A stretch of 57,862 nucleotides of DNA from Mustelus asterias (taxonomy: Eukaryota), in assembly GCF_964213995.1 (NCBI RefSeq), contig NC_135820.1, positions 3,478,139-3,536,000 on the forward strand, written 5' to 3'. The first letter of the stretch is position 1; every line of letters starts with the position of its first letter. Shown in pieces: positions 1 to 12,619 of this stretch. The notes beneath the pieces were generated by a model. That model was given only the letters and a program-made list of their open reading frames with translations, made no database searches and was not told the DNA's origin. The translations under genes were made by a program, and so were the position numbers.

Positions 1-379
1 GTGGCAGGGTAGAGATGTGGACATGAACTGCATCCAAACATTGCCAGCAGCCAGTGGTCAGGAATTGCCTGAAGGGAACAGAAATGAAGTCATGTCTTGT
101 CTTTCAGACTGGAAGGGGAAATGAGCTCAGAGTCCATCACTCTCCGTGCCCACTCGGCACCACAGGGACTGGCCTACTTTATCAGCCCTCTTCATCACAC
201 TTTGGTTTCGTATTTTAAACGTCCTTTGTGATTTGCTTTTTGTTTAAGGCGGTATCCCTTTGCCAGCTTGCCCCTTTAACTTGTCCCTCAGTTTGTTTGA
301 TTTATTTCAATTGTTAAGGTACAGGATCAGAAATGCCAAGTTACATCATGAAATTTAGATTAGACCCCGACTGAAGCTA

Positions 380-663
380 AAGTTAAAGTTTATTTATTTG
401 TGTCACAAGTAAGGCTTACATTAACACTGCAATGAAGTTACTGTGAAATTCCCCTAGTCGCCACAGTCCGCCGCCTGTTTGGGTCAATGCACCCTAACCA
501 GCACGTCTTTCAGACTGTGGGAGGAAACCGGAGCAGCCGGAGGAAACCCACGCAGACATGGGGGGAATGTGCAGACTACACACGGACGGTGACCCAAAGC
601 GGGAATCGAACCTGGGTCTCTGGCGCTGTGAGGCAGCAGTGCTAATCACTGTGCCACCGTGTC
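380..663 (-). mobile_element. HE1/V-SINE-type tRNA-derived SINE, tail type B (others at 6109-6418+, 9745-10045-, 15735-16022-, 21016-21285+, 25855-26160-, 34885-35065-, 35415-35732-, 43020-43320+)
   Basis: A box TGGCACAGTG, B box GGTTCGATTCC, central GTCTGCGTGGGTTTCCTCCGG domain, tail ending gtaagcc(t)tacttgtgacac..ataaataaactt. Confidence 0.92.
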
Positions 664-926
664 GCAGAAGGCGGTGAAGGCGGGGTCATCGAATATTTTC
701 AACGCAGAGGTAGATCGATTCTTGTTTAGCGAGGGAGTCAAAGTTCACTGGGGGTAGCTGGGGAATGTTGAATTTGAAACACAAACAGATCAGCCACAGC
801 CAACAAGGGATAGGCAGTGGCACAGTGAGATCGTCACTGGACGAGGAGTCCCAGAGACCCTCAGGTTAATTTTCAAATCCCACCGTGGGCAGGTGGTGGA
901 ATTTGAATTTCATTTTTAACTATCTG

Positions 927-1878
927 GGGAGGGAGCGATCCTCCCAGCGAGAGCAGCACAGCGGGCCAGGACACATAAGCAGAGGCCGTTTAGTGAGCCC
1001 CGCCCACTGGGCACAAAGGCCTCCAAACATTCCGGGCTCCATATTTCCAGCGGCGTCAGCTCCACGCCGAAAATCAGGGTGGGGCTGTTTTAAATATTTA
1101 CATCCATATTTTAATCTCAGTTGCAGGCCTGGGACTGAAGTCTCCGGGTCCGCTATCCATTCCCCCTCCCCATCAGGAGTGGTTCACTCCAGCGGGGTTT
1201 ATAACAGCTCATGGGGAGCTGGCAGCCCAAACCCGTTGGAGTGAAGGGAGGATACAGAGGCCCCCCCCCCAAGGTTGGGGGTAAGAGGGGGGGGTGCCCC
1301 CTGGGCATTGCCAAACTGGCAGTGCCAGCCTAGCCCCCTGGCACTACCAAATGGGCAAAGTGGCAATGCACCAGGGGCAACCTTGGCACTGCCCACTGGC
1401 CAAGGGTGTGTGGCCAGAGGGGCAGGGTCTATTGGGGGTGCGGCCTGTGGTAGGGGAGATTGTTGGGGGTCGGAGGGTCCCTCTGCCAGTCTGCACTTGG
1501 GATCAGTGGCAGAGGGGGAGGGAGGGGGCGGACAGCGCTGGCCATCAGATGGGGGGAGGACAGCGATCAGGCTGTGGGGGTATCGGAGGGGTAACAATGC
1601 AGGGTTGTGGGGCTGGCCAGCGATCGCTATGCCAGCAGTGTGGGGCTACTGCGTATGCGCAATCTCTGCTCTGACAGATCGGCGCATGTACAGTGGCCTG
1701 CTCAGCGCTATGCTGCCGGCCTCTCCTGTGAGAATAAGCCCCGTCCCCGGATTGTCATTGTGAATCTCGCTAGGCCACTCCATGATGCACAGAGTGTGGG
1801 AGATTCATTTCGCAAATCCCGCTGAATAAAACAGCAGGATTTACTTCATTTTTGACGCAAATTCGGCACTTCGAATTT
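927..1878. mobile_element. GC-rich non-autonomous MITE-like element (right end displaced to 4254-4280)
   Basis: Imperfect terminal inverted repeats AGGGAGCGATCCTCCC / GGGAGAATCCTAGCCCT; internal homology to 18327-20508. Confidence 0.75.
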
Positions 1879-2083
1879 CGATTTGATTTGATTTATTATT
1901 GTCACATGTATTAACATACAGTGAAAAGTATTGTTTCTTGCGCGCTATACAGACAAAGCATGCCATTCATAGAGAAGGAAAGGAGAGGGTGCAGAATGTA
2001 GTGTTACAGTCATAACTAGGGTGTCGAGAAAGATCAACTTAATGCAAGGTAGGTCCATTCAAAAGTCTGATGGCAGCAGGGAA
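1879..2083 (-). mobile_element. Rex1/Babar-type LINE 3' end (continues at 4141-4253)
   Basis: (GATTT)n tail and sequence matching 29957-30350 and the reverse complement of 40140-40350. Possible GAATTT target duplication at 1873-1878 and 4254-4259. Confidence 0.8.
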
Positions 2084-4140
2084 GAACATAGAACATAGAA
2101 CAGTACAGCACAGAACAGGCCCTTCGGCCCACGATGTTGTGCCGAGCTTTATCTGAAACCAAGATCAAGCTATCCCACTCCCTATCATCCTGGTGTGCTC
2201 CATGTGCCTATCCAATAACCGCCTAAATGTTCCTAAAGTGTCTGACTCCACTATCACTGCAGGCAGTCCATTCCACACCCCAACCACTCTCTGCGTAAAG
2301 AACCTACCTCTGATATCCTTCCTATATCTCCCACCACGAACCCTATAGTTATGCCCCCTTGTAATAGCTCCATCCACCCGAGGAAATAGTCTTTGAACGT
2401 TCACTCTATCTATCCCCTTCATCATTTTATAAACCTCTATTAAGTCTCCCCTCAGCCTCCTCCACTCCAGAAAGAACAGCCCTAGCTCCCTCAACCTTTC
2501 CTCATAAGACCTACCCTCCAAACCAGGCAGCATCCTGGTAAATCTCCTCTGCACTCTTTCCAGCGCTTCCACATCCTTCTTATAGTGAGGTGACCAGAAC
2601 TGCACACAATATTCCAAATGTGGTCTCACCAAGGTCCTGTACAGTTGCAGCATAACCCCACGGCTCTGAAACTCCAACCCCCTGTTAATAAAAGCTAACA
2701 CACTATAGGCCTTCTTCACAGCTCTATCCACTTGAGTGGCAACCTTTAGAGATCTGTGGATATGGACCCCAAGATCTCTCTGTTCCTCCACAGTCTTCAG
2801 AACCCTACCTTTGACCCTGTAATCCACATTTAAATTAGTCTTACCAAAATGAATCACCTCACATTTATCAGGGTTAAACTCCATTTGCCATTTTTCAGCC
2901 CAGCTTTGCATCCTATCTATGTCTCTTTGCAGCCTACAACAGCCCTCCACCTCATCCACTACTCCACCAATCTTGGTGTCATCAGCAAATTTACTGATCC
3001 ACCCTTCAGCCCCCTCCTCTAAGTCATTAATAAAAATCACAAAGAGCAGAGGACCAAGCACTGATCCCTGTGGCACTCCGCTAGCAACCTGCCTCCAATC
3101 CGAAAATTTTCCATCGACCACCACCCTCTGTCTTCGATCAGACAGCCAGTTACCTATCCAATCGGCCAACTTTCCCTCTATCCCACACCTCCTCACTTTC
3201 ATCATAAGCCGACCATGGGGGACCTTATCAAACGCCTTACTAAAATCCATGTATATGACATCAACTGCCCTACCTTCATCAACACACTTAGTTACCTCCT
3301 CAAAAAATTCAATCAAATTTGTGAGGCACAACTTGCCCTTCACGAATCCGTGCTGACTATCCCGGATTAATCCGCATCTTTCTAAATGGTCGTAAATCCC
3401 ATCCCTAAGGACCTTTTCCATCAATTTACCAACCACCGAAGTAAGACTAACTGGTCTATAATTACCAGGGTCATTTCTATTCCCTTTCTTAAACAGAGGA
3501 ACAACATTCGCCATTCTCCAGTCCTCTGGCACTATCCCCGTGGACAGCGAGGACCCAAAGATCAAAGCCAAAGGCTCTGCAATCTCATCCCTTGCCTCCC
3601 AAAGAATCCTAGGATACATTTCATCAGGCCCAGGGGACTTATCGACCTTCAGTTTATTCAAAACTGCCAGGACAACCTCCCTCCGAACATCTATTTCCTC
3701 CAGCCTATTAACCTGTAACACCTTCTCTTCCTCAAAAACATGGCGCCTCTCCTTGGTGAACACTGAAGAAAAGTATTAATTCATCACCTCGCCTATCTCT
3801 ACTGACTCCATACACAAGTTCCCACTACTGTCCTTGACCGGCCCTAACCTCACCCTGGTCATTCTTTTATTCCTCACATAAGAATAAAAAGCCTTGGGGT
3901 TTTCCTTGATCCGACCCGCCAAGGACTTCTCATGTCCCCTCCTAGCTCTCCTAAGCCCCTTTTTCAGCTCATTCCTTGCTAACTTGTAACCCTCAATTGA
4001 GCCAACTGAACCTTGTTTTCTCATCCCGACATAAGCTTCCCTCTTCCTTTTCACAAGACATTCCACCTCTTTCGTGAACCATGGTTCCCTCACTCGGCCA
4101 TTTCCTTCCTGCCTGACAGGGACATACCTATCAAGGACAC
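2084..4140 (-). mobile_element. CR1-clade (HER1-type) LINE, 5'-truncated, RT frame open for 532 aa
   Basis: ORF 2165-3763 with [40 protein letters not shown]; upstream ORF 3776-4144; (TTCTATG)n-type tail. Confidence 0.97.
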
Positions 4141-4278
4141 CCAAGCTGTTCTTGAGTTGGTTGATACATTACCTCAGACTTTTGTATCTTTTTCCCAATG
4201 GACAAAGGTGGAAGAGAGAATGTCCGGGGTGCATGGAGTCCTTAATTATGCTGGAATTTTTTTGGGAGAATCCTAGCC

Positions 4279-6470
4279 CTGTTACTAAAAGCCTACTGAT
4301 GACTCTGAAACCATTGTCAATTGTTGTAAAAACCTATCTGGATCACTAATGTCCCTTTCGTGAAGGAAATCTGCTATCTTTACTTGGTCTGGCCTACATG
4401 TGACTCCAGAGCCACAGTGATGTGGTTGACTCTGAAATGTTCTCAAACTGCTACCAAGTCAACAAAGAGGAATGAAACCAGATGGGCCACCTGGCACGAC
4501 CCAGGCACCAGAAATGACAACATCAAACCCAGCTCTGTCAGCCCTGCAAAGTCCTCCTTCCTAACATTGTGTGGCAGAATTGGGAGAACTGTCTCGCAGA
4601 CTAGTCAAGCAACAGCCTGATATAATTGTACTCACAGGTTCATACCTTACAGATAACATTCCGGACACCACCATTACCATCCCTGGATATATTCTGTCCC
4701 ACCAGCAGGGCAGACCCAGCAAAGGTGGCGGCACAGTGTTATACAGTCGGGAGGGAGTTACCCTGGAAGTCCTTAACATTGAATCCGGACCCCATGAAGT
4801 CTAATGGCTTCAGGTTAAACATGGGCAAGGGAACATTTTACTAGTTATCATGTACCGTCCTTCTTTGGCTGATGAATCAATACTCCTCCATGTTGAACAA
4901 CACTTGGAGGAAGCACTGAGAGTGGCAAGGGGTGCAGAATGTACTCTAGGTGGGAGATTTCAATGTCCACCACCAAGAGTGGCTCAGCAGCAGCATTACT
5001 GATCGAGCTGGTCGGGTCCTAAAGGATCAAACTGCTAGACTGGATCTGCAGCAGGTGGTGAAGGAACCAACAAGAGGAAATAACATACTTGACCTCATCC
5101 TTACCAATCTGCCGGCTGCAGATGCATCTGTCCATGACAGCATCGGTAAGAGTGACCACCGTCTTCACATTGAGAATAACCACCATCGTGTTGTGTGGCA
5201 CTATCACCGTGCTCAATGGGATAGAGAGAGACAGCGACAGACTTTGAACCAATCTAGCAACTCAAGACTGGGCATCCATGAGGTGCAGTGGGCCATCAAC
5301 AGCAGTGGAACTGTCCTCCAGCACAGTCTGTAACCTCATGGCCCAGCATATCCCCCACTCAACCATTACCATCAAGCCAGATTTTCAACCCTGGTTCAAT
5401 GCAGAGCGCAGGAGGCAATACCAGGAGCAGCACCAGGCATACCTAAAGATGAGGTGTCAACCTGGTGAAGCTACCAAACAGGACTACGTGCACCCCAAGC
5501 AGCATAAACAGTGAAAGACAGAGATAAGCGATCCCACAACTAATGAATCAGATCCAAGCTCTGCAGTCCTGCCACATCCAGTCAAGAATGGTGATGGACA
5601 ATTAAACAGCTCACTGGAGCAGCCCAGCACATCAGTGCAAAAGGAAAGACTGAAGCATTCATAGAAATCATAGAAATCATAGAAACCCTACAGTGCAGAA
5701 GGAGGCCATTCGGCCCATCGAGTCTGCACCGACCACAATCCCACCCAGGCCCTACCCCCACATTCGCAGCAATCTTCAGCCAGAAGTGCCGAGTGGATGA
5801 TCCATCTCAGCCTCCTCCAGTGGTCCCCAGTGTCGCAGACGATGCAACATCTCTGCAGCAGTCCCTCGGGGTAGTGTCCTAGGCCCAACCACCTTCAGCT
5901 GCTTCATCAATGACCTTCCCTCCGTCATAAGGTCAGAAGTGGGGATGATTGCACAATGTTCAGCACCATTCGCGACTCCTCAGATACTGAAGCAGTACAT
6001 TTTCAAATGCAACAAAATGTGGAGAATATCTGAGCTTGGGTTGACACGTGGTGAATAACCTTCGCACCACACAAGTGTCAGGCAATGATCACCGCCAACA
6101 AGAGAGAATCTGCGGTGGCACAGTGGTTAGCACTGCTGCCTCACAGAGCCAGGGACACGGGTTCGATTCACAGCTTGGGTCACTGTCTGTGCGGAGTCTG
6201 CTCGTTCCCTCTGTGTCTGCATGGGTTTCCTCCGGGTGCTCTGGTTCCCTCCCACGGCCTAAAAGATATGATGGTTAGGTGGATTGTCCATGCTAAATTC
6301 TCCCTCAGTGTACGCGAACAGGCGCTGGAATGTGGCGACCAGGGGATTTTCACTGTAACTTCATTGTGGTGTTAATGTAAGCCTTACTTGTGACACGAAT
6401 AAAAAAACTGTGAACTTTATCTCACCATCACCCTTTGACATTACCATCGCTGAATCTCCCACTGTTTGTT
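4279..6470 (+). mobile_element. Degenerate CR1/L2-superclade LINE (second family) whose 5' region is the body of a tRNA-headed SINE; head at 810-926
   Basis: APE motifs QQPDIIVLT, GGGTVLY, GDFNVHH, PTRGNNILDLILTN, KSDH; RT motif VPRGSVLGPT..FINDLP at ~5862-5920; 4285-4440 aligns to SINE copies at 25400-25560 and 40790-40925. Confidence 0.85.
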
Positions 6471-6537
6471 GTCCAATGCTGAATTAATAAATGTCAACAT
6501 CTCCTTTTTAGGGCAAAGATGGATGGTCAAGCAATAA

Positions 6538-6865
6538 GTGGCACGGTGGCACAGTGGTTAGCACTGCTGCCTCACAGTGCCAGGGACCTGGGTTCGATTC
6601 CCGGCTTGGGTCACTGTCTGTGTGGAGTTTGCACATTCACCCTGTGTCTGTGTGGGTTTCCTCCGGGTGCTCCGGTTTCCTCCCACAGTCCAAAGATGTG
6701 GGAGTTAGGTTGATTGGCCATGCTAAATTGTCTTTTAGTGTCAGGGGGTTTAACAGAGTAAATATGTGGGATTCTGGGGATAGGGTTTGGGTGGGATTAT
6801 TGTTGGTGCTGGCTCAATGGGCCAAATGGCCTCCCTCTGTGCTGTAGGCATTTTATGATTCTATG
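6538..6865 (+). mobile_element. HE1/V-SINE-type SINE, CR1(HER1)-type tail A (others at 7338-7668+, 16043-16400+, 20670-20993+, 22410-22740+, 23142-24342+, 32745-33070+, 36975-37285+, 42735-42935-, 43325-43567+, 43905-44343+, 48237-48745-, 51940-52245+, 53775-54098+)
   Basis: Same head and V domain; tail gggcc(g/a)aatggcctcc..ctg..ctgtag..attctatg resembles the CR1 3' ends in this window. Confidence 0.93.
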
Positions 6866-7675
6866 AATGTTGGGGTTGTCCTGCTATGTTCCTTCCTCAA
6901 GGAATTTGTAAAAGTCTGTAGATACAAAAATTGCTAAACTTTCCTTTGTGAGTCGATTGTTTGAATGTCATGAGGTGAGAAGAGAGAAAAAACACTAAAA
7001 GGGAAACTGTCATGTCAGAATTTCACAAGAACGAAACATTTCAGTAAACAGATTAGATCACCCACAAAGGGAAGTGGTTTGAGCATCCAAATAAATACTT
7101 CCTCCAATATTAAAAAAAGCCCTTTGAATAACGTCGCTCTCCTTTACTGGGGTTTTAAAAAAAATATTGCCCGGGTGTCTTTATCCCTGGCTTTAAACAA
7201 TAATCATTTCCCAAATCCAAACACAAGGTAGGTAATTATCGACAGAGAACTTTTTCCCTCTCTCGTGTGGCAAGGTGCCAATAGTAGCTTGGTGGTCACT
7301 TTTTGTCCTATCAGGATGGCTGTGAGTTCAAGGAAAGGGGGCGGCACGGTAGCACAGTGGTTAACACTGCTGCCTCACAGCGCCAGGGATCCGGGTTCGA
7401 TTCCCGGCCTGGGTCACTGTCTGTGTGGAGTCCGCACATTCTCCCCGTCTCTGCGTGGGTTTCCTCCGGGTGCTCCGGTTTCCTACCACAGTCCAAAGAT
7501 GTGCGGGTTAGATTGATTGGCCATGCTAAATTGCCCCTGAGTGACAGGGGGATTAAGAGGGTAAATATGTGGGGTTACCGGCATAGGTTAGGGCCTGGGT
7601 AGGATTGTGGTCAGGGCAGGCTCAATGGGCCAGAAGGCCTCCTTCTTCACTGTAGATTCTATGATTCTGTAATAA

Positions 7676-9090
7676 AGTCAAGTACAACACAGGAACAGGC
7701 CCTTCGGCCCTCCAAGCCCGTGCCGATCATGATGTCCTAACGAAACTAAAAAAAAATTCTGTCCTTACTCGGTCCTTATCCCTCTATTCACTCCCTATTC
7801 ATGTACCCATCCAGATGCCTCTTAAATGTTGTTAATGTGCCTGTTCCACCACCTCCTCTGGCAGCGCGTTCCAGGCACCCACCACTCTCTGTGAGAAAAA
7901 CCTCCCCCGCACATCTCCCTTAAACTTTCCCCCTCTCTCATTGAACCTGTGCCCCCTTGTAATTGACACTTCCACCCTGGGAAAATGCCTCTGACTATCC
8001 ACCCTGTCTGTGCCTCTCATATTTTGTAGACCTCTATCAGGTCTCCCCTCAGCCTCCGTTTTTTCAGTGAAAACAATCCGAGTTTATTCAACCTCTCCTC
8101 ATAGCGCCCAATCCACATTAAACACCTCCACCCGAGAGCCACTCTTCTCCTTATCCACGACTACCTGAAATCTGATGGAATTATGGTTGCTAAGTCCAAA
8201 ACATCGATCACTTGGCCTGGCTCAGTCCCCAGTACCAAATCTAGTATGGCCCCCTCTCTGGTTGGGTTGTCAACATACTGTATCAAAAAGCCCTCCTGGA
8301 CACACTTAACAAATTGCTCTCCAACCGAGTTCAAAACCCATGCCAGTGACTTACATAGAAACAAAGGAAATAGGAACAGGAGTAGGCCATTCGGCCGATC
8401 AAGGATGCTCCACCATTCATTATGGTCATGGCTGATCATCCAACTCAATAGTTTGACCCTGCCTTCCCTCCATATCCTTTGATCCCCTTCTCCCCAAGAT
8501 CTATGTCTAACTCCTTCTTGATGGAGATGGAATTTTACCGGCACATCCGCCCAAGGTTCATACAATCCCACCCGAGGCCAACGGAGAATGCCGTTCTCCA
8601 AGACTCGCCCACCCTCGAGGCGGGTGTGACGGTAGAATTCCGGCCACAGTGTTTTGGCCTCAACTACTTTCTGTGGTCGTGGATTCCACACATTCACCAC
8701 TCTCTGAGTGAAGAAATTTCTCCTCATCTCTGTCCTGAACAGCCTACCCTGTGTCCTCAGACTGTGACCTGTATAATTGCAGCAACACATCCCTACTCCT
8801 GCACTCGAATCCTCTCATTATGAGGGCCAACATGCCATTTGCCTTCTTTACCGCCTGCTGCACCTGCATGCTTACCTTCAGCGACTGGTGCACAAGGACA
8901 CCCAGGTTTAATTGCATATTCTCCTCCCCTAATTTAAAGCCATTCTGATAATAATCTGCCTTCTTGTTTTTGCGACCGAAGTAGACAACCTCACATTTCT
9001 CCACATTATACAGCATCGACGATGCATATGCCCATTCACTCACGTTGTCCAAATCACACTGAAGCATCTCTGCCCGCTCCCACCCAGCTT
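7676..9090 (-). mobile_element. Cluster of degenerate CR1 LINE fragments (3' ends and an endonuclease piece)
   Basis: RGRFFSQRVVGAWNALP, PTREGAILDLVLG and KKANGMLALI motifs in ORFs 7832-8020, 8161-8790, 8744-9112. Confidence 0.88.
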
Positions 9091-10384
9091 TGCCACCCAA
9101 CCTGAATCCCACATCCAGGCTGACACTCCCACCGCAGTACTGGGAGGTGGGTGGGGGTGGGTGCTACACTTGTCTGCGGTTGTCTTGGAGCGGAGGCTAA
9201 TCCAAGGCCCCTCCTGCTCTCTCAAGTTGACAGGGCAGCTGGAAGAAGAGTGGGGGAAGTTGAGGGGATAACGTTGGGGGTGGGAATGTTGGGTGGTGGA
9301 GTTTGGGTTGTTGGGGTAAATGGTGGGGGCAGCGTCCTGGGCTGGCGTATTTGTAAACCACCTTTGCCGAGTCACCGGGCTGATCATTATCTGGGTTGCT
9401 GTTTGGGGTATCTTGCTGGGGTGAACTGGCTGCCCACATCATGGCAGTGTCCTGGGAAGGGCATCATTGACAGTGAAGGTCTCTGTTTTTATTCATCCAT
9501 GGATCATGGATGTCACTGGCTGGCCAGCATTTATTACCCATCCCTAGTTGCCCTTGGAGGGCAGTTGAGAGTCAACCACATTGCTGTGGGCAGACTGGGT
9601 AAGGACGGCAGATTTCCTTCCCTAAAGGACATTAGTGAACCAGATGGGGTTTTCCGACAATCGACAATGGTTTCATGGTCATCCGTAGGTTCTTAATTCC
9701 AGATACTTTTTTTAATTGAATTCAAATTCCACCATCTTTACCGTTTATTTATTAGTGTCACAAGTAGGCTTACATTAACATTGCAATGAAGTTACTGTGA
9801 AAATCCACTAGTCGCCACACTCTAGCGCCTGTTTGGGTACACTGAGGGAGAATTTAGCATGGCCAATGCACCCTAACCAGCACGCCTTTCGGACTGTGGG
9901 AGGAAAGCGGAGCACCCGGAGGAAACCCACGCAGACACGGGGGGAACGTGCAGACTCCACACAGACAGTGACCCAAGCTGGGAATCAAACTCGGCTCCCT
10001 GTGCTGTGAGGCAGCAGTGCTAACCACTGTGTCCATCATACCACCCCATCTGTTGAGGCGGGATTCAAACCAGCCCCCCCAGAACATTAGCTGAGTTTCT
10101 GGATAAGTAGTCTAGCGATAAAACCACTCGGCCATCGCCTCCACTGGGTGTCCTGATGTGGTCAAAAGCGTTGGTCAGCCTTTTCATTGTGCAATATCTG
10201 GCATCTGGCAATGATGAAAAACCTCTTCCGTGTCCTCTTTGGAGAAGGAAGTTCCGATCTGTTTGCACTTAACACATTCCTCACTCTGTAAATTGGAAAT
10301 CCCCAGAGTCAGTTTTGAGAATACTGAGAACTCTGGAACTAGAAACTCTCTATCATTCTCAAAGGTGATAACAAAGGGTAGAAA

Positions 10385-12555
10385 TGTCATAGAGTCAGAG
10401 GCTTACAGCATGGAAACAGGCCCTTCGGCCCAACTTGTCCACACCGCCCCTTTTTTTAACCCGTAAGCTAGTCCCAATTGCCCGCGTTTGGCCCATATAT
10501 CCCTCTATATCCATCTTACCTATGTAACTGTCTAATGCTTTTTAAAAGACAAAATTGTACTCGCCTCTACTACTATCTCTGGCAACTTGTTCCAGACACT
10601 CACCACCCTCTGTGTGAATAAATTGCACCTCTAGACACTTTTGTATCTCTCCCCCCTCACTTTGAACCTATGTCCTCTGGTTTTAAACTCCCCTACCATT
10701 GGGAAAAGATATTGACTATCCAGCTGTTCTATGCCCCTTATTATTTTATAGACCTCTATAAGATCACCCCTAAGCCTCCGACGCTCCAGAGAAAAATGTC
10801 CCAGTCTATCCAGCCAGTCCTTATAACTCAATCCATCAAGACTCGGTAGCATCCTAGTAAATCTTTTCTGCACTCTTTCTAGTTTAATAATATCCTTTCT
10901 ACAATAGGGTGACCAGAACAGTACACAGTATTCCATGTCTGACCTTACCAATGTCTTGTACAACTTCAAAAAGATGTCCCAACTCCTGTATTCAATGTTC
11001 TGACTGATGAAACCAAGCATGCCGAATGCCTTCTTCACCAAACTGTCCACCTGTGACTCCACTTTCAAGGAGCTATGAACCTGTACCCCTAGATTTCTTT
11101 GTTCTGTAACTTTCCCCAATGCGCTACCATTAACTGAGTAAGTCCTGCCCTTGGTTCAATCTACCAAAATACATCACTTCGCATTTATCTAAATTGAACT
11201 CTATCTGCCATTTGTCAGCCCACTGGCCCAATTGATCAAGATACCGTTGCATTCCTAGATAACCTTCTTCTCTGTCCACTATGCTACCAATCTTGGTGTC
11301 ATCTGCAAACTTATTAACCATGCACACTATTAATTAATATAAATGACAAATAATAGTGGACCCAACACTGATCACTGAGGCACACCGCTGGTCACAGGCC
11401 TCCAGTTTGAAAAACAACCCGCTAGAATCACTCTCTGTCTTCTATCATCAAGCCAATTTTGTATCCATTTGGCTACATCACCCTGGATCCCGTGAGATTT
11501 AACCTTATGCAACAACCTACCATGTGGTACCTTATGAAAGGCCTTGCTAAAGTCCATGTAGACAACATCAACTGCACTGCCCTCATCTACCTTCTTGGTT
11601 ACCCCTTCAAAAAACTCAATCAAATTTGTGAGACATGATTTTCCACTCACAAAGCCATGCTGACTGTCCCTAATCAGTACTTGTGTTTCTAAATGCCTGT
11701 AGATCCTGTCTCTCAAAATACCTTCCAACAACTTACCCACCACAGATGTGAGGCTCACTGGCTTGTAGTTCCCAGGCTTTTCCCTGCAGCTCTTTTTAAA
11801 CAAGGCACAACATTTGCCACTCTCCAATCTTCAGGCACCTCACCCGTGACTATCGATGATTCAAATATCTCGGCTAGGGGACCCGCAATTTCCTCCCTAG
11901 CCTCCCACAATGTCCTGGGATACACTTCATCAGGTCCCGAGGATTTATCTACCTTGATGCACTTTAAGACTTCCAGCACCTCCTTCTCTGCAATATGTAC
12001 ACTCCTCAAGACATCACTATTTATTTCCCCAAGTTCCCTAACATCCATGCTTTTCTCAACAGTAAATACTGATGAGAAATATTCATTTGGGATCTCACCC
12101 ATCTCTTGTGGTTCCACACATAGATGACCTTGTTGATCCTTAAGAGGCCCTACTCTCTCCCTTTTGCCCTTTATGTATTTGTAGAACCTCTTTGGATTCT
12201 CCTTTTCTGCATCTGCCAAAACAATCTCGTGTCCCCTTTCTGCCCTCCTGATTTCTCTCTTAACTCGACTTCTACACTCTCGATACTCTTCAAGGGATCC
12301 ACTTGATCCCAGCTGCCTATGCATGTCATGTGCTTCCTTCTTCTTGGCCAGGGCCTCAATATCCTGAGTCATCCAGGGTTTCCTTCTTCTACCAGCCTTG
12401 CCCTTCACTCTCAGGAGAATGTGCTTACACTGAACCCTGGTTAACACACTTTTGAAAGCCTCCCACTTATCAGACGTCCCTTTGCCTTCCCACAGACTCC
12501 CCCAATTAACTGTTGAAAGTTCCTGCCTAATACCATCAAAATTGGCCTTGCCCCA
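10385..12555 (-). mobile_element. CR1 LINE, truncated and frameshifted
   Basis: ORFs 11755-12612, 11372-11827, 11130-11327, 10631-11119 give consecutive ORF2 segments. Confidence 0.95.
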
Positions 12556-12619
12556 TGTGATCCTGTGATTAAACTTATCAGGGGAGAGATGATGAATGAG
12601 TTCCTGAAACACCTCTCAA

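Noticed and set aside
885-1825. GC-rich ORFs in 885-1825 and 18498-19457
   Set aside because: They fall inside two related non-coding MITE-like copies whose frames are not conserved between copies.
2919-3779. Plus-strand ORFs opposite CR1 RT (also 11693, 14352, 38577, 45855)
   Set aside because: Antisense shadows of RT coding sequence.
6109-7668. SINE heads as tRNA genes and recurring ORFs such as MVSTAASQ.../WLALLPHS...
   Set aside because: They are dispersed SINE copies without a full cloverleaf; the ORFs are translations of the repeat.
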